Assembly: GCF_000315625.1 (NCBI RefSeq)
Contig: NW_005434588.1
Coordinates: forward strand, 139,729-177,963
Length of the DNA stretch: 38,235 nucleotides
Direction of reading: 5' to 3'
Source of the DNA: Guillardia theta CCMP2712
Lineage: Eukaryota > Protista > Cryptophyta
Part shown: in pieces, positions 22,801 through 34,496 of the stretch
How positions within the stretch are numbered: position 1 is the stretch's first letter
Layout of the letters: every line of letters begins with the position of its first letter
Position numbers and translations under genes: made by a program
Notes under the pieces: generated by a model
The model's input: only the letters and a program-made list of their open reading frames with translations
Databases searched by the model: none
Told to the model about the DNA's origin: nothing

Positions 22801-23049
22801 CTGCTCCATGCTCCCCAGTCACCTGCCCTACCTGCGAGCAAGTCCTCTCCGTCGACCTCTCCCCGAAGGAAGCTCCTCCTACCCCCACTGCTCCTCCTCC
22901 TGCCCCCAGCAGGTCTGGCAAGGCCCCGAGGATAATGCAGAGGTTCTCAAGGTTGGACGATTTCAAGAGCAGCACCAAGATTGAGGTAACTCCTCCTCCT
23001 CGTCCTCCTCGTCCTCCTCGTCCTCCTCGTCCTCCTCGTCCTCCTTGTC

Positions 23050-23091
<42 letters not shown>

Positions 23092-24388
23092 CTCGTCCTC
23101 CTCCTCACTCTCTCCCTTCCGCCTTCTCCCCTTCCCTCCCTCCCGCTTTGTACTTCCCCTTTCCTCTTCCTCTGCCTCATTCTCCTTCTCTTGCATCTTT
23201 GGCTCCTCCTCGCCCTCCTCCTCTCCTCTCCTCCTCACTCACTCGCAGGCTCTGATGGAGGAGCTCGAGCTTCTGGTTGAGAACGACTCCTCCGCTAAGG
23301 CAATCGTCTTCTCTCAGTTCGTCTCCATGCTCGACCTCATCGCTTACCGCCTCGAGGTATCCCCGCGTTTCTTCTCCTCCTCCCCCTCCCTTCCTCCTCC
23401 TGCCTCCTCCTGCCTCCTCCTGCCTCCCTCTTCCTCCTCTCTCCCTCCTCCCCTCCTCCTCTCTCCCTCCTCCCCTCCTCCTCTCTCCTCCTCCTCCTCC
23501 TCCTCCTCCTCCTCCTCACTCTTCTCCTTCTCCTACCTGCTCCTGCTCGTCCTCCTCATCATCTTCACTCTTGTCCTCCTCCCTCTCTCCTCCCCCAGCA
23601 ACAGCTGCTGCCTCCTCCTCACTCTTCTCAGCTCGCTGGCATCCGCGTCGTCAAGCTCGACGGTCGCATGACCTTCGACGCTCGGGATCGTCACATCGCT
23701 TCCTTCTGCGAGGACGCGGATACCCGTGTCTTTCTTATCTCCCTCAAGGTCCCCCACCCCCTCCTCTTCTCCCCTCCTCTCAACTCGACTCCCGGCACTG
23801 CCCCCTTCCCCCCCTCTCCTCCTGGACTCTCAGCTGGACTCCAGCTGGGTCCTCGGATTCCCCAAGTTGCTGACAGCTGAGAACAGGCTGGGGGTGTGGC
23901 GCTGAACCTGACGGTGGCGAGTGCTGTGTACATCATGGACCCTTGGTGGAACCCGGCGGTCGAGTTCCAGGCCATGGACCGGATCCACAGGCTCGGGCAG
24001 TACAAGCCGATCAAAGTTGTGAGATTCGTGATCGAGGTAGGAGGAGGGAGGAGGAGAGGAGCGGGGGGGGGAGGGGGGGGGAGAGGGAAGAGAGAGGAGG
24101 AGGAAGACAAAGAGGAGAAGGACAAGGGTGAGGATGACCAAGAGGACGAGGACAGTTAGGGAGGGGGAGAAGGCAACAACAGGAGGAGGGAAAAGTTGTG
24201 GTTGGAGCGGTTGAGGAAGCAGGAGAGGTGGGAAGAGAGGGACTGACGTATTCGGGCAGGACACAATCGAGGATCGCATCCTGAGGCTGCAGGAGAAGAA
24301 GCGACTGGTCTTCGAGAGCACCGTAGGCAGAAGTTCGGAAGCGCTAGCAAAGCTCACAGAGGCAGATATGAAATTTCTCTTCTCCTAA
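19894..24388 (+). CDS. RAD16: RAD16-type SNF2 helicase with RING finger (nucleotide excision repair); multi-exon, spans an assembly gap
   Basis: Motifs: LLPFQ..SLAWM; [13 protein letters not shown]; VVLTTYSIV; LLRRTK; [24 protein letters not shown]; RING CGLC..CKHCFC..C..CPTC; SSTKIEAL; IVFSQF; [17 protein letters not shown]; [21 protein letters not shown]. Exons: 19894-20004, 20104-20216, 20262-20298, ~20420-gap, 22150-22377, 22599-22985, 23249-23356, 23632-23748, 23887-24036, 24260-24388. One apparent 1-nt frameshift at ~21156-21160. Confidence 0.9.
21555..22040. other. Assembly gap (486 N)
   Basis: N run inside the RAD16 gene; the DEAH-containing exon is presumably hidden in it. Confidence 1.
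22072..22125 (+). repeat. (AGGAGGAAC) x6 intronic tandem repeat
   Basis: Seen directly. Confidence 0.9.
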
Positions 24389-24579
24389 AATCATGCACGT
24401 TTGTCACTTCTTACTCCCTCTTGCCCTGTATCCTTCCGTCTTCTTCCTCCTCCGTTCTTGTCCTCGTTGCCCCCCCGCTGCCCCATTTCTCCCCCTCCCT
24501 CCTCCCTTTTCTTCTTCCCTCAAGCTTGCAATGACTTTTTCTCTTCGCACTCTGTTTATTCGACTACCTCACTGCAAGT

Positions 24580-26548
24580 TTATCCGAGGGGTCCCTTGCC
24601 GGTGATGAGGGTGTGGTGGACGATGCCTGCAGTACTCGTCACTACCCCCCTTCTCCCCACCATTTCAACCCCTCCTGCCTCCTCTCTCCCCTCCCTCCTC
24701 TCACCGGAGACGGCGAGCATAGCAAGGCGGCCGTTCTTGATCTCAGAGAGCTGCTTGCGAGCCATGCTGCCCTTGCCGAGGCCGAGGGGGTCAAAGCCGA
24801 AGTCTCCGGGGATACGCTTGGAGGAGGGGTCGTTCAACATCTCGTTCATGGCAGGCCAGCCGATGACCATCTCGAGGAAGCCGGTCCAGAGGAGGATCTG
24901 GCCCATGGAGCCCTGGAGGAGCAAGTGAGGTTGGCGCAGGGAGGAGGAAGAGGAGTGGAGTGGGGGGAGCAGGGAGAGGATCAGCAGCAGGAGTGTAGGA
25001 GGAGGGTGATTGAGGCTAGGGGAGCAGAGAGGACGAGGGAGAGCGGACCTTCTCGACAGCGAGGTTGTGGATCTCAAAGATGTCCTGCGAACTAAAATCA
25101 GCCTCCCCCTTCCCCTCCTCTTCCTCCTCAAGAACAAGTTCACCCCCCACTCATCCTCCTCCTCCACCCTCCCCTCCTCTACCTTGGTGGGTCCGAAGAC
25201 AGACTCGACTCCGGGGGCCTTGATGCCGGCAGCCTCGACCATGATGCCGGCGAAGGCGAGCATGGCGATACGGCCGTGCTTGATCTCAGCCTCCCTGACG
25301 AACTTCATGTTGACCCAGGACGAGAAGCCGAAGGGATCGAAGCCTTGGTCTCCGACAGCAGTTCCGTCGAGGGAGGCGGGGCGGGGGAAGATGGGGATGA
25401 TGTTAACACCCTTGCCCTGGAGGGAGCCGTCCTTGTACAACTGCATGGAGGGTCCGGTGGCACGAGCAGCACCTGAGGAGAGGGTGAGGAAGAGGAAGAG
25501 CGGGAGGAGGAGGAGGAGCAAGTGGAGGTACAAACGAGGAGAAGGCTGATTGAAAGGAGGAGCTGGACGGGGAACAAGAGGGGAGGGAGGAAGGACATCA
25601 GTTCATCACTCACGGGTAGCCCTGGGGAGCATAGCAGATGGTGCGAAGGCAGCGGCCGAAGCCAAGCATGACAACAAAGCGACGGCTCTGCAAAGAAACA
25701 AAGTAAGGAGGCAAAAGATTTTTGTCGGTGTTAGGGAAACAAGCAGCAAGATGCAAACACGAGTCAGAAGATAATGGCTTCACACAAGTGCACTGATAAG
25801 AAAACTAGGTAGTTTGTGATGTCTGAACGTGTCAACATAACATTTATGAGAGGAAAAAGAAGGAAGTAACATAACTTGTATCCAAAACAATCTTTCAGCA
25901 AAACAAGCACTCATCCTGAACTACAATCATAGATATCGCCCATCTCATCCAAGTTGAGACCACAAGAAAAAATACTACAATTCACATTGCTCTATGCAGA
26001 AAACAAGACTTCATAGGTGACGCACTTCCAAGGGCCAACTCTGTTTACAGCTCTATAAAGATCGAAACCATTTCCCTCGTTATCCTCAGAGTCTGCGCTG
26101 ATCTGAAGAATTCTTTCCCTTCTCGATTCCAATATCGTCACAATCACGATCTCGTTCATAGCGTGCACAATATTCAGCTCAAAACTCATGTTTCATGTCA
26201 AGTCATCGTAAGTTCGTTCCTCTAATCTGACGTCTTGCTATCTGCCTCCAGCTTCTTCGCTTCAATATCCACATCATCACAACATCAGATACTGTCGTTT
26301 TTGCTAACATCCTCCCTCCCTCCCTCTCTACATCCTCCAATCCATCCCGTACCTCTGATCCTTGGCAGGCACAACATATCGTCCCTGATACACTCATCCT
26401 CCTGCTCCTGTTCATTCCCATTTCATCTACACATTGTGCTCGTTCTCTGCCATGTTCTCTTCTCCCACCATCTTTCTCCTCCTCCTCCTCCTCCTCCTCC
26501 TCCTATTCCTCCTCCTCCTCCTCGTCTCATCGCATCTCACCTCAGCAT
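24580..26548 (-). CDS. Chlorophyll a/c-binding light-harvesting complex protein with bipartite plastid presequence; 6 exons
   Basis: Exons 26548-26541, 25687-25614, 25472-25183, 25084-25049, 24912-24705 and 24626-24580 give [28 protein letters not shown]...[10 protein letters not shown]...[14 protein letters not shown]...[11 protein letters not shown]...[18 protein letters not shown]. Contains both LHC ExxH/NxR motifs and an AFAP cleavage motif. Confidence 0.95.
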
Positions 26549-26639
26549 GATTTTCGTCTCGTCCTTGAGCCTTTGAAACTCGTAATTAATCCTTCCTTGG
26601 GTGAATGGAGGTGGTGGGGGTACACAACCTGGTATCTGA

Positions 26640-26765
26640 GGGAGGGTGGTGGGATATCGGGGGGTGAGAGGGGGGAAATGAGGGGGTGAGGTAGTAAATT
26701 ACTACTTTTACTACCTCACCCCCTCATATCACCTCTCCCACCCCCCAATTTCCGACCACCCCTCC
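26640..26765. repeat. Long inverted repeat (palindrome): perfect 21-bp core arms, 8-nt loop, imperfect extension to ~60 bp per arm
   Basis: ATGAGGGGGTGAGGTAGTAAA (26678-26698) is the exact reverse complement of 26707-26727, and the flanks continue to pair with mismatches. Confidence 0.9.
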
Positions 26766-28512
26766 TCCCTGAGCTTCAGCGATCCGAACTTTAGCTCTGC
26801 TCTCAAACTTTGAAAGCTTCAAAGTTTGCAACAACCGATCGTAAAAACTTTCCGAAGTTCACGTCATTCATCAAGTTTCAGTGACTCGGACCGTCCGACG
26901 ATCCGATCCGATCGGCCCGCCTGACGATCCGATGATCGCCGTGTGGCCCGTGACCGTTATAGACCGCCAGATCGGACCCGGACGGGATGCTCAGACTGAG
27001 AGTCACCGACCGTACACTGGAGTCCGGCACCGGCTGGGAGCACGGTCGGATGAAAAGAGCACTGCCAGACGGGCCGTGGCCCGGCCGCGGCGGCACTGCG
27101 CCGCGTGACTGACCGGGCCCCGGGCGCCGCGGGCCGAGTCCGAAGCAGTGTGCCGCCGCGGCCGAAACTGAACTCAGAAATGCCGTTACATCAGATGTAA
27201 CCGTATTTGCTACGCACCTCTTGCGGAGGCTACCCACCAGTAGATCAGATCTAGGGTCAGTACCCCTACCCCCTTTTATACCTTTTAGTACCTACCTTTT
27301 TGACACGCACTAGTCCAACTAATGGTCAATGACCCCCTCATCGATGTCAACCCTATCACAAATCATGGAGGACCACCCTGTCTCATTAAGTCTTAGTACC
27401 CCACCATATCTTTTCAGAGTGGGTTGCAGACTCAGGAGGGGTCTGAAAATACACACTACCCCACACTTTAATAAATGATGACCTATGCACTTTCTACCCT
27501 ACCCTGTGAGAAATGATCCCCACAACAAATCGCACCTACCCCCCATGACTGACAATTTTTCTATCTGAAATCCAACTCAGTACCCTCATCTGAATGTACC
27601 CCCACCCAGTTCGAGGCTACCCCTACCCCCGGCCTTGGTTCATCATCTCAACTTCAAATGGAAATGCTTCGAAGCGAACAAACGAAAGATAAAAAGGGGA
27701 GCAGAGCAGAGCAGAGCAGAGCAGAGCAGAACATAGAAGCAACAAGGCGGGTCCATCAGAGGACAGCACAGCACAGCACAGCACATGGCAAGATAAAGCT
27801 GATAGAGAAGGAATCAAACGTCAGGAGAGGATAGGAAAGGGCAAAATTGGTCAAGTCAAGAAAAGGGAGGGCAAGAGAGAAGACAAGGCCATGAAATTCC
27901 AGATGATACACGTTCAGGCATGTAGGACATTGAGAAGAGGATTTAAGAGACGAAGACGGGCTTTTCTGAAGGGCAAGATAGGCTTTGAGGCTCTAAAGTT
28001 CTGTTCTTTGACAAGGGAGGATGGAGGAAGTGAGAATCTAGAAACAAGCTAGAGTGAGAAATGATGAAGATAACTGCCAGTGGAATTTACTATATGAGCA
28101 GCTCCACAATTGTACATAGCATCCGGTTGGTAAAAGTGCAAATCGTTGTTAGAGGATGTTTCCAGGATTCGGTGGATGAGAGGAGAGGAGACCATTCGAT
28201 GTTCTCTTCCACATTTAGCTTCTTGCATGCATTATACACATTGTTCATCAAAGTTGTCTATCTGTCATGCATCTCTCATTCCTGATCAGCTGCATGCAGG
28301 CTATCGACTTTGGGTATCAACAAGGGCATCTAAAGGCGCATGTCCATTAGGAGCTGAAGTTGTCGGACGCCATCGGCGAGGAAACCATGTCTTCGTGAAG
28401 TTTGATCGAGAAGTTTTCATCTACAGGCTATCGCTCCTCCTCCTCCTCCTCCTCCTCCTCCTCCTCCTCCTCCTCCTCCTCTGCTCTCGTTTGAAACTCT
28501 CGGTTGGACGGG

Positions 28513-29209
28513 ATGGGTATCCTTCAGAAGATCCTGGACGCCCTGGGGTTCATCAAGCCGCAATGCAAAGTCTTGTGTGTCGGGTTAGACAACAGCGGGA
28601 AGTCGACGGTCATTCAGCACCTGAAGCCAACCTCACACAAGACAGAAGTGACGCCCACTGTCGGCTTCAACGTGGAGCAGTTCTCGCGCTCCAACATCAA
28701 CTTCACGGTGTTCGACATGTCCGGGGCCGGCAAGTACCGCTCGCTGTGGGAGCACTACTACAAGGACGCACAGGCGATCATCTTCGTCATCGACTGCAGT
28801 GACAAGCTGAGGATGTGCGTGGTGAAGGAGGAGCTGCATGCGCTGCTCAACCATAAGGACACCAAGAGCCTGCCCACCCTCTTCTTCGCCAACAAGATCG
28901 ACATCTCCGACCACCTCACCCCCGTCGAGTGTGTCCAGTACCTGGAGCTGGACGGGGTGAAGGATCGGCCATGGCATATTACACCGAGCAATGCCCTCAC
29001 AGGTACTGTCAAGAGGGAGGGGGGGGGCAGCAGGGGAAATAGAAACACGAGGAGGAGAAAAGGGGAGGAGAATTGTTAGAGGGGGGCTGGGAGAGGCGGA
29101 GGGAGACGGGGGGAGAAGGAAGTGGAGTATGATGATGCTTTTCTTGTCAGGTTATGGTCTTGACGAGGGAGTGAACTGGATATCGGAACATCTTACACAG
29201 CGATCTTGA
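28513..29209 (+). CDS. ARL6: ADP-ribosylation factor-like GTPase 6 (BBS3); exons 28513-29002 and 29151-29209
   Basis: MG myristoylation start, GLDNSGKS (P-loop), PTVGF, FDMSG (ARL6-type G3), YRSLWEHYY, FFANK.D, SNALTG.GL.EG. Confidence 0.92.
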
Positions 29210-29767
29210 GAGGTGAGCGAGGGCGAGGGAAGTGGAGGAGAGAGGGAGGGAGGGAGGGAGTGAACGAAAGTGAGAGGTGGAGGAAAGCAGTGGGAGAGAA
29301 GGGAGGGGGTCCGGCCCAAGTCCAGCTGCCTGACTGACCTTTTCCTTTAACTGCAGTGACCCGCTGCCATCAACTTGTTTTGTACTTTAAGAGTAGAGGG
29401 TGGAAGAAGAGGCTAGCAAGTCGTCCTGACTCGATTTGAAAACAATCACGAGAATTAAATTTTGAGCTCCTCACTCTTCTCCCCTCCCGTCTGCCATCTC
29501 TCCTGCACTCCTCTTCTCTCTCTTTGCTCCCTCCCTTCCTCGCTTCTCCTCTCCTCCCCTCTCCCTCCTTCTCTCCCCTTTCTCCTCTTCCCCCTCTTCT
29601 TTCCCTCTCCCTCTCCGATACATTCCCCCCTCCCTCCCCACACGTCCCTCCATTCTTTTTCACTTCTTCCTGTCTGCTCGTATGTGCAATCTCCTTCCTC
29701 TTCCTTCCTCTCTGCCCTTTTCATCTCCCATTGCTCGCTTATTTCCTCCTGCACACGCTCCTCCTCA

Positions 29768-30975
29768 TGGTACGAAAGTGCTGATGTTATTACGATCTAC
29801 AGGGTTGCTTCTATTTCTCTGTGTACAAGAAACTTTTCGGATGCAGCCTAAAGTTGTTCGAGGTGCCCGCAGCTTTTTCCGAAGCCTGTTGACCTCTCAG
29901 CACTCCTCCCCTCCCAGCAAGACAAGCACCAGCTGCAGCTGAGCTGGAGGGATGGTCGGCGAGAGAGCAGGCGAGTTCCCAGCCGATTTCAGGCCCATCC
30001 AAGAGCTGGGGAGATGGTGAGTTTAGCGCAAGATCATAAGAGATTTCTCACGGGGATGGAAACTGCGCCTTGATGGCTGCGAACATGCTAGGAGATGTGG
30101 AAGAAGCAAGAGAGGTTCCGACATCTGACACTCGTCACGAGGAGGAGAGGAGGAGAGGAGGAGAGGAGGAGAGGAGGAGAGGAGGAGAGGAGGAGAGGAG
30201 GAGAGGAGGAGAGGAGGAGAGGAGGAGAGAAGGAGAGGAGGAGGATCAGGGGCAGGACGCTGACATACCCGACGGGAAAGTCATTCCTTGCCTCTGAGCA
30301 GGAGCTGAAGTATCGTTTTCAGTCTGACGATCGACGTCTCGCAAGCTGGGATGGGACAAGTATTGCTGCAGGCAGCGATCAGCTGCTTGCAATCAGCGCA
30401 GCTCACCTTACGTTCACTTCACCAGATGAGCTCGGGGTCTGTTCACTGGTCAGAGTAGCGCAAGGAATCAGTGCAGCAGGGCTCACGTAGGAAGGAGGAG
30501 ATCTGTCGAACTGTGAGTGGTATGAGTCGAACGAGTACTCCGTCCTGTTGCACAACAACTTTCAGCTTCTGAGTTTGAGGGGTCGCCCAGTCACCGTTCA
30601 AGGTTCAGTGAGTTGTGAGAGTCGTAAGACGTGTACCCCATCTTGCTAGTCACGCTGCCCCAGTCTATCGCCACCCTGATCCTCCTATTACAAACTTCGA
30701 GCAAGCGCTGGGAACAGACCTTGCGTCTTGACTGATATCACTCTCAGAATTGCTGATGTCCCGCTCGCTCAAGATTTTGGGTGGAGGGAGGAAGCTCTCG
30801 TTCAAGGATGGGTCCACCGAGCTCGGCTCCTGCAGCTCCTCAGTTGCAACTCGAGAGAAAGAGGAGACAAGGACGCACATCTTTGTGTTCTAACATCCCA
30901 AGACCAAAGGTCTGTACAGAAGAATACTTCTTCCTCCCGTCCTGTTGCCTCATCATCAGGGCCTTGAAGAGTTGA
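29768..30975 (+). CDS. Possible multi-exon hypothetical gene
   Basis: A series of short open segments bounded by GT/GC..AG sites (e.g. ELKYRFQSDDRRLASWDG; YRHPDPPITNFEQ). Gene model not resolved. Confidence 0.35.
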
Positions 30976-33900
30976 TATCATCAACGGAGGGAACCTGCAA
31001 GGCTCTATTCCGCTGATCGTCTATCCATGACTCCCCCGTAATCATGTCGTCATCCTTTCTGCCTGAAGGTTGTTGACTTGGGTTTTGCATTGGAACTTTG
31101 CTCTCAGAGTTTTCATGTCCTTCTATCATGCTGACAACGGGCCTCTGAACAAGAAGCAGCTCAGAAAATATGCTTGCAATTCCACTTGATGTTACCTGCA
31201 GCCCTTGAGGGGTTCTGTTGTCTCTCCTGAAAGAAAAACGTCAAACTCCTGCTTGACACCCTTGGCATCTCTCACATTTTTTGACTGCGGAGAAGATTCA
31301 CTTTCTCTGGGGAAAAATCCTCTTGGTGGCCCAAAAGCTCTACGGAACGACAAGTGAGATCATGTAGAGACTCAAGCCTCGCCTCGCCTTCGCTTCTCTG
31401 CATCCTTTCTATTCGCTCTTCTTCCTCTTCGATCGCAGCTGCTTTTGCTAGACTGTTCCAACCGTTCAGCCAACGCAGTCATGAACATCCCAGCAGCACC
31501 TCAGCTGTAGCTGTCTCGTGTACAAGGGTCTTCGCCAGTTTGCGAGCACGAGCTTCAGGTACTGGATCGCGATAGTGACGGTGAGACTCTCGACGTTCTC
31601 GTCGCATGTCATGATCTGCAACAAGAGTCACTGTTGACATCTCGAGCCCTCGCTGACCTTGTTCTGAAGGAACTCGTTGTCGTGCTTCAGCCTCCTGACT
31701 TCTTGCAGGCATGTGCTTGCTGGTGCACCACTCAGTCAATCAAGGCGCAGGGCCCGCCAGCCGACATTCACCTATCCATTCAGAATCTGGATGTGCATTC
31801 AAGAGGCTATGCCATACGCTTCGCAGCTTGTATAATTCGCCATCTTTCTTCGAGACTATTCTCAGAAGTCTTGCGATTTGCTTGTCCTAGGATGAGAAGA
31901 TGGTAAAACGTTTGACTCGTCTATGTTCCATGTTTCTGCAACCTTTACTTTCTTCGCTTCAAGAACCTCTTTTTCGAAGTCAGAAGTAATTTCCTACCGA
32001 AAGGTTCAGTTTCAGTCACGATTGACTCATGGTGTACCTGGAGTTTGAGAGGGAATTCTTTCGTGTGCAAGTAGATCTGTTTGCGGTACCTCTCATTCTC
32101 GGTGAGTAACCCCTCGTTCTGGGCTTCTAGAGTCTGAATTCTTTGCGCTGAAGTCAATCGAGTCAAACCTTGCACGAACTTCTCAAATCCAATGGAATAC
32201 TTACACAAACGTTTCTCCGTGGCCTCCTTGGTAACAATCAAATCCTGACAAAAACAAATCTATGAATTCTTGTTTTCCATCGAACTCTGAATGTTTCTGA
32301 CCTTCACCATTTGTAGTGCAAACTCCAAGTCCTGTACATGGTTGGTGAGACTACCGCTTGTGATAGATACCACGGATGTCTTCAAAGCTCACCTCCTGAA
32401 CTACGCTCAGATCGGATGAAGCTCTCTCAATGTTTTTAAACTTCCAAGTTGTCACTCAAGCAGCCGTTTGAATCAGAGCATCTCTCACCAACTCATGTAC
32501 AACATTGGACAAGACGGTGTTATGCATCTTCAATTGCTTGCCAACCTACAAACATCTGAGATCTTGTTGATGATGCAAACGCTTCATGGACCTCTTGTAA
32601 CTTCCGAATATCTTTATCTTTTTCCTGATTTTCGCTAATCAAGACCGCAATCTTCTGCCCCATTCTCTGATTGCTTTCAGAGATTTCGTTCATTTCATCT
32701 TTCAGACTGTAACAAGATCTCATCAAAGTCGTCCACGAATGCAACACAAAGTCATCGACCTTGCTATTTCATTTGAGAATTCTGTCTCTTGCTTTTCGTA
32801 TTCATGAAGTACAACCTTGGAATCGAAGAAGTCCGCTTTGATCTGGCACAGAATAGCGTCATCTGTCAATATTGCGCTTGGATTGAAGCAAACAACACCT
32901 TTTCCAATTCAGCTGCAAGATATTTGTTTTCGTGCTTTTGAGTTAGAAGTTCCTCCTTTACAGAATCATGGTCGACGAGACTCTTCTCTAATCTTTCCTT
33001 CTCTTCCTTCAGCTGATGTATTCGCTCTTGCATTGCTTCGTCGTCTGCTTGTTTTTCCCTTTCCAACGTCTCGATCGTCTCATTTAGTTGCTTGATTTCA
33101 TTGTCTTTCGCGGTGTTTGACTTTCTGCAGAATTTCATCACGGTGAGCAAGGAAAGCATCTGCAAACCTCAAGGCGATGATTTCTTGACATGTAACTTTC
33201 AACTGCTGCTGCATGACATTGAGCTCCTTTTGGGCGGCATTGTCCACTTGGGTGGTCGAACGAGGTGTAGGGTAAACATCCAGCCCTTGCACGAGTCAGG
33301 CAGCTAAACTCCCCAAGCAATCACCTACCAGATTTGTTTCTCATGTTTTTACGCAAGTCTTTGAGCTCTTGTTCGATTCTTTCCTTGTCCTTCATCAAGG
33401 ACAGATTCTCCGAGACCATCTCTTCGTACATGATCTGAGAAACCTTCAACCTGTTATGAAGTGACCTCAGTCTGTCCTTCACTCTCTGCTCTGAGCCCTC
33501 CATCGACATCTCAGTCTGATTCGGAACCTCGTGCTCTGGCACCAGCATCTTTGATGTGTATGTCTTTTCCAGCACATCTACATCCAGACTTGGTTCGTTG
33601 TCGACCCTCCTCACACTTCCCTTCTCGACTTCTCTCCCACCATTCTGATGCACCTTCTCGTTTTCATGCTGCTCGTCGCCTGGAGAACCATTGGCAGGCG
33701 CATGGATGAATGAAAGCTCTGACGCTTGGAAAGAGGTCGAAGGGGACAAGAGATTGAAGTCTTGCTTCCCGGGAGAAGGAGAATGGTGTTGAGATACCGG
33801 GGTCTGCATGCCAACTGTGTCTTCTCCTTCTCCGTGAAGAATTTTGTTGGGTTGCGGTGAAATTCGAAGAGGGAACTGGACTGGAGAGCTTGCAGAAGGA

Positions 33901-34018
33901 GGGGAGAGAGGGGAGCTAGAGGAAGCAGCGGCAGGGGAGCGGGAGAGGAGGGAGGGAGGAACGGAGGAGACGCCTGCAGCATGTCGATCCGCGACTGCAA
34001 GGAGGACAACGAAGCCAT
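30956..34018 (-). CDS. Multi-exon coiled-coil hypothetical protein; 3' end approximate
   Basis: MASLSSLQSRIDMLQ|FPLRISP..MQTPVSQHH.. followed by many E/K/L heptad-rich exons (e.g. KDNEIKQLNETIETLEREKQ, RIQTLEAQNEGLLTENERYRKQ) separated by ~40-60 bp introns. Confidence 0.7.
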
Positions 34019-34496
34019 GAAAGCAGCAGGGGAGGGGGGGGGCGGGCCGATGTGAGGGAATCCAGCCGGTACTAGCGAATACCCGCCCAAGTCACTACTA
34101 TGGAGGGGGTAGGGGTGATGACCCATCGTGACCCAGATGAAATGAGGGGTATTTCGTGAGGAATGGAGGGGTATATAATGGACTACCTGGGTCATATATA
34201 TATAACAGGGGGGTGGGGTGGGTGGTATTGGAAATCCCGAAGTCACAGTCCTTCTGGTCCTCATCCCCACTCATTCCCCTCTCAGTCTCTGAGCCTCCTG
34301 CTGAGCCTCAGCGGAGGAGTACTACGCCCGGGCCTGCTACGGCCCAGCTACGGCCGGGCAGACTACCGGGCCTCAGTCAGTCCGAATACCGCGGCCAGCT
34401 AAACGATTACTGTTACTTCTTTACTCAAAGTTAATTCAAAAATCAGTATGAGGACATTCAGGCTAGTACACAAGTTGCCATTTCAACACTCGTCAC

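Noticed and set aside
25992-26189. Nested ORF in the LHC first intron
   Set aside because: 65 aa with no recognisable motif; compatible with chance.
28061-28500. Extended N-terminus or separate gene upstream of ARL6
   Set aside because: ARL6 begins correctly at MG (28513); the upstream open segments are short and could not be assembled into a supported model.
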